Shown here piece after piece: positions 61,371 to 64,000 of a stretch of DNA of 64,000 nt. The notes beneath the pieces were generated by a model. The model worked only from the letters and a program-made list of their open reading frames with translations, searched no databases and had not been told where the DNA came from. The DNA is from Hemiscyllium ocellatum (Eukaryota). The stretch spans positions 2,387,438-2,451,437 of the forward strand of contig NC_083427.1 in NCBI RefSeq assembly GCF_020745735.1, written 5' to 3'. Every line of letters starts with the position of its first letter. The first letter of the stretch is position 1. The translations under genes were made by a program, and so were the position numbers.

Positions 61371-64000
61371 AACTAGTTGCAAACTTTTGAAGGGTTCATA
61401 CGTGTGTAGAGTTCAAATAAAACGGAAACAGAGTTTTCACTGCAAGGGGTCATATTATTAATAAGTTTGGGTACCCTTTTGTTTGGTACATGGTGACACT
61501 AATGCACCTTATCACAATCACTTTCCTGTGTGACCAAGGAAAGTTTTCACCACAGAAATAAGAGACAGGGAGCTCTCCTACAAAGGCTCCATGGCTTGCT
61601 GAAAGCTATCAGTGAGAAAAGGGAAGTCATTCATCATTGCTTTCAATCTCCTGACATTTAACGGTTAAAAATGAACTCTGAATAGTGGGGTCATCTTAAA
61701 CTTAACTACAGATTGCTCGAACGTTTGTTTCGAACATTCAGTCATATCGAGATTACCACCTGCTCTATGTATACATGATATCCTGCATTTTGCCTTTTCC
61801 TTTCCTAAGTCATTCTGTCAGGTTTATCTGGCCTTGGTTGGGATAGAAACGGGGAAAATGCATGCAGATTAGCTGTGTCTAAAACCACCTTCATAAATCA
61901 CGTTTTATAGACAATACAACTTGTCAATCAACCCACTTGTCATGTTTTGGCACAAAAATTGGGGAGGGTGAGACTTGACTCTACAATGTCAGTATCATGC
62001 TTCTGACAGTAAATTAATGGATGGCACAAAGACTGAGCGGTCTGTCGTTGGATTCTACTCATAGTATCCGAATAATGTTCCAGCCAAAGCCACGAAATTA
62101 TTTTTTCTCGTTTCTTTCTTATAAATAATAGTGGTCCTTTCTCTTTAAGACGTGATTATTTACTCTACAATCTTCTAATTAGTACAATATTAGTAAAAAC
62201 ATGGAGATTTTTATGTGTCTATCATTAGCAAAAACAATTAGAGCACACCAGAACAAATGAAGCCTGCGTGGACCTAGAACTGCAAAGCAATATTGAATTA
62301 TTCATCCAGTGACTATCTTTCATTAACTGCCCTACAACTCAGAGGAAGGTCATTATGTTTTTACATTAATTTTCATTCGTTTCCAAACTCAGTTTCAAAT
62401 AAATTTGAGCATTGCACAATACCACACAGATACATTCAGGTTAACATGATGTGGCATGAAAAAAAAACATTTGAAGAGGAGGTCGATTTACATCTGAAGC
62501 ATACACTGCCATTGAAATTAATTCCGGTCATTCTACACATTGTCCAATGTAACCAGCAGAACAGAATAAGTTTTGACTTGATCGCACTGAAATCGACACC
62601 ATTTCTCTTCAAGGCTCCGTCTGTGGACAGATGAGAGACAATTAAAAATGGGTAACGCCGGTTTAGCAATATATGTTTACTGATTTCATTGTTCTGTTTG
62701 TTAGTTCTAATGTTATGCTTATGTTTGCCTGTGAAAACAAAGAACAATAGAAATATACTCAAAACGTTCACTTGTGGCATTATAAGCGCTCCAGCATACC
62801 ACTTCTTACGGGTTTATATGCATTAGAACACAGCACATTTTATGCAAGTTGTGGTCGCAACAGATTTAACTACGAAGACGTCTGATTGACCTGTATTTCA
62901 CAATCTCTTGCGGTACTCCAAACAGGTTTAAACAAGACGTGCGATATCTGAAAGGTCTTGTGCCTGAATATCCTAAACAAACAGTAAAAACCATTAGTAT
63001 TCTAATCCTGATTGTACGAACTTTTACAGGCTTCTTTACTCAACATTCAGTTTCACAACTTCAGACGATGAACAATGTCATTAATTTAGAAACTTATTTT
63101 TCCTCAGAGTTTCTTTTTCAATTTTTCTTCAGTGTGATTGGCGTTATTTGGAACTGATACCTAAACCTCCATCTTCATCTACTGGACAAATTTTATTCCT
63201 CATTTGTATAAAAATCCCCACACTTTGAATTTTTGTCTCCTAGCACAATCTGTTCTTCAGCCACCCTGGCCTTGAAACTTTTGGTGGAGCTTCCGTTTTA
63301 TTCATCTCGCTTTCCAGTTTGGCACTTTAGAGCCTCGGAGGCTCAATACTGTATTCTACAGCCTGAGAACCGAATGCATAATAAACGTTTTCCATTTTCC
63401 TTATATTCTCCCCCTGTATTACCACTTAAACTCTGAATTGTTTGTATTTTCTTTACTTTTCTATCAGTTGAAAGGACTGGGTTTTATCCCTTCACACGTC
63501 AATGAACGCCCATTCTACGTCTCTATTTGTCTTTCATCATAATTAACAAATTGTTTTTGCATCGGGCCTCCACATTATCTGTTCTGTTCGCATCTTCTCC
63601 ACCACAGCCAGAAGCTTTAAATAAAAAACACCTTTGAATATTTTTGCATTCTCAAGAACAATAAAATTGGATTCGGAACATAAACTTTGATTCTTTCTCC
63701 ACAGATGATGCCAGGCATGCTGAGTTTAATCCAACAAAGTGCTGCATTTATTTTATAACTCCTCGTTATCAATCTGCTCATCCTTCCAATATGCTGAACG
63801 GCCAATGGTAAGTGTGGGAGTACTTCCTCGTCCGGAATTCTACAGTACCTAACGACAGGCCCCATCCCTCACCCCACCCCCCTCCCACCCCCTACCCCCC
63901 AGGGCAATCTTTGTACGACACTGGATCAATCCATGCACAGAAGCCAAGCAAAATCGTTAACTTTACCAAGAAATTCCACATTTGTCTAATGGATAAAAAA

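Noticed and set aside
62436-62780. 114-aa minus-strand ORF with two strong acceptor-like sites
   Set aside because: No recognisable homology and no partner exons found.
1-64000. CRISPR arrays, rRNA, tRNA genes or prokaryotic systems
   Set aside because: Sequence is vertebrate. The tRNA-like motifs are SINE heads, and the hairpin repeats are dispersed, not regularly spaced.

Overview
Cartilaginous-fish (shark) genomic DNA containing one complete IgNAR heavy-chain-only antibody cluster on the + strand. The orectolobiform/bamboo-shark-like assignment is inferred from the J motif ILTVKP and V FR3 [12 protein letters not shown]. Order: promoter ~2350-2402, leader 2497-2539, V 2666-2940, one D 3207-3231, J 3621-3667, C1 12325-12645, C2 14211-14503, C3 14584-14900, C4 19976-20296, C5 plus secretory tail 21106-21488, TM1 28198-28355, TM2 31306-31314. 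Two features are unusual. (1) C3 is a dead exon (lost Trp, TGG>TAG stop, frameshift, donor GT>AT) and C2 is compromised at both splice ends, while L, V, J, C1, C4, C5, tail and TM exons are intact and phase-compatible. The locus therefore looks genetically fixed to make a short V-C1-C4-C5 IgNAR. (2) Only one free D is present and the J carries a 12-bp-spacer RSS, which suggests germline pre-joining and a semi-invariant, Cys-paired CDR3. The rest is intronic or intergenic DNA rich in decayed CR1/L2 LINEs, HE1-type SINEs, a Gypsy remnant and Penelope-like elements. These include ~195-198 bp hairpin insertions with hammerhead-ribozyme motifs and 11-12 bp target-site duplications. No other protein-coding gene could be supported. 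Assembly gap at 41374-41538. Repeat boundaries are approximate and read by eye.
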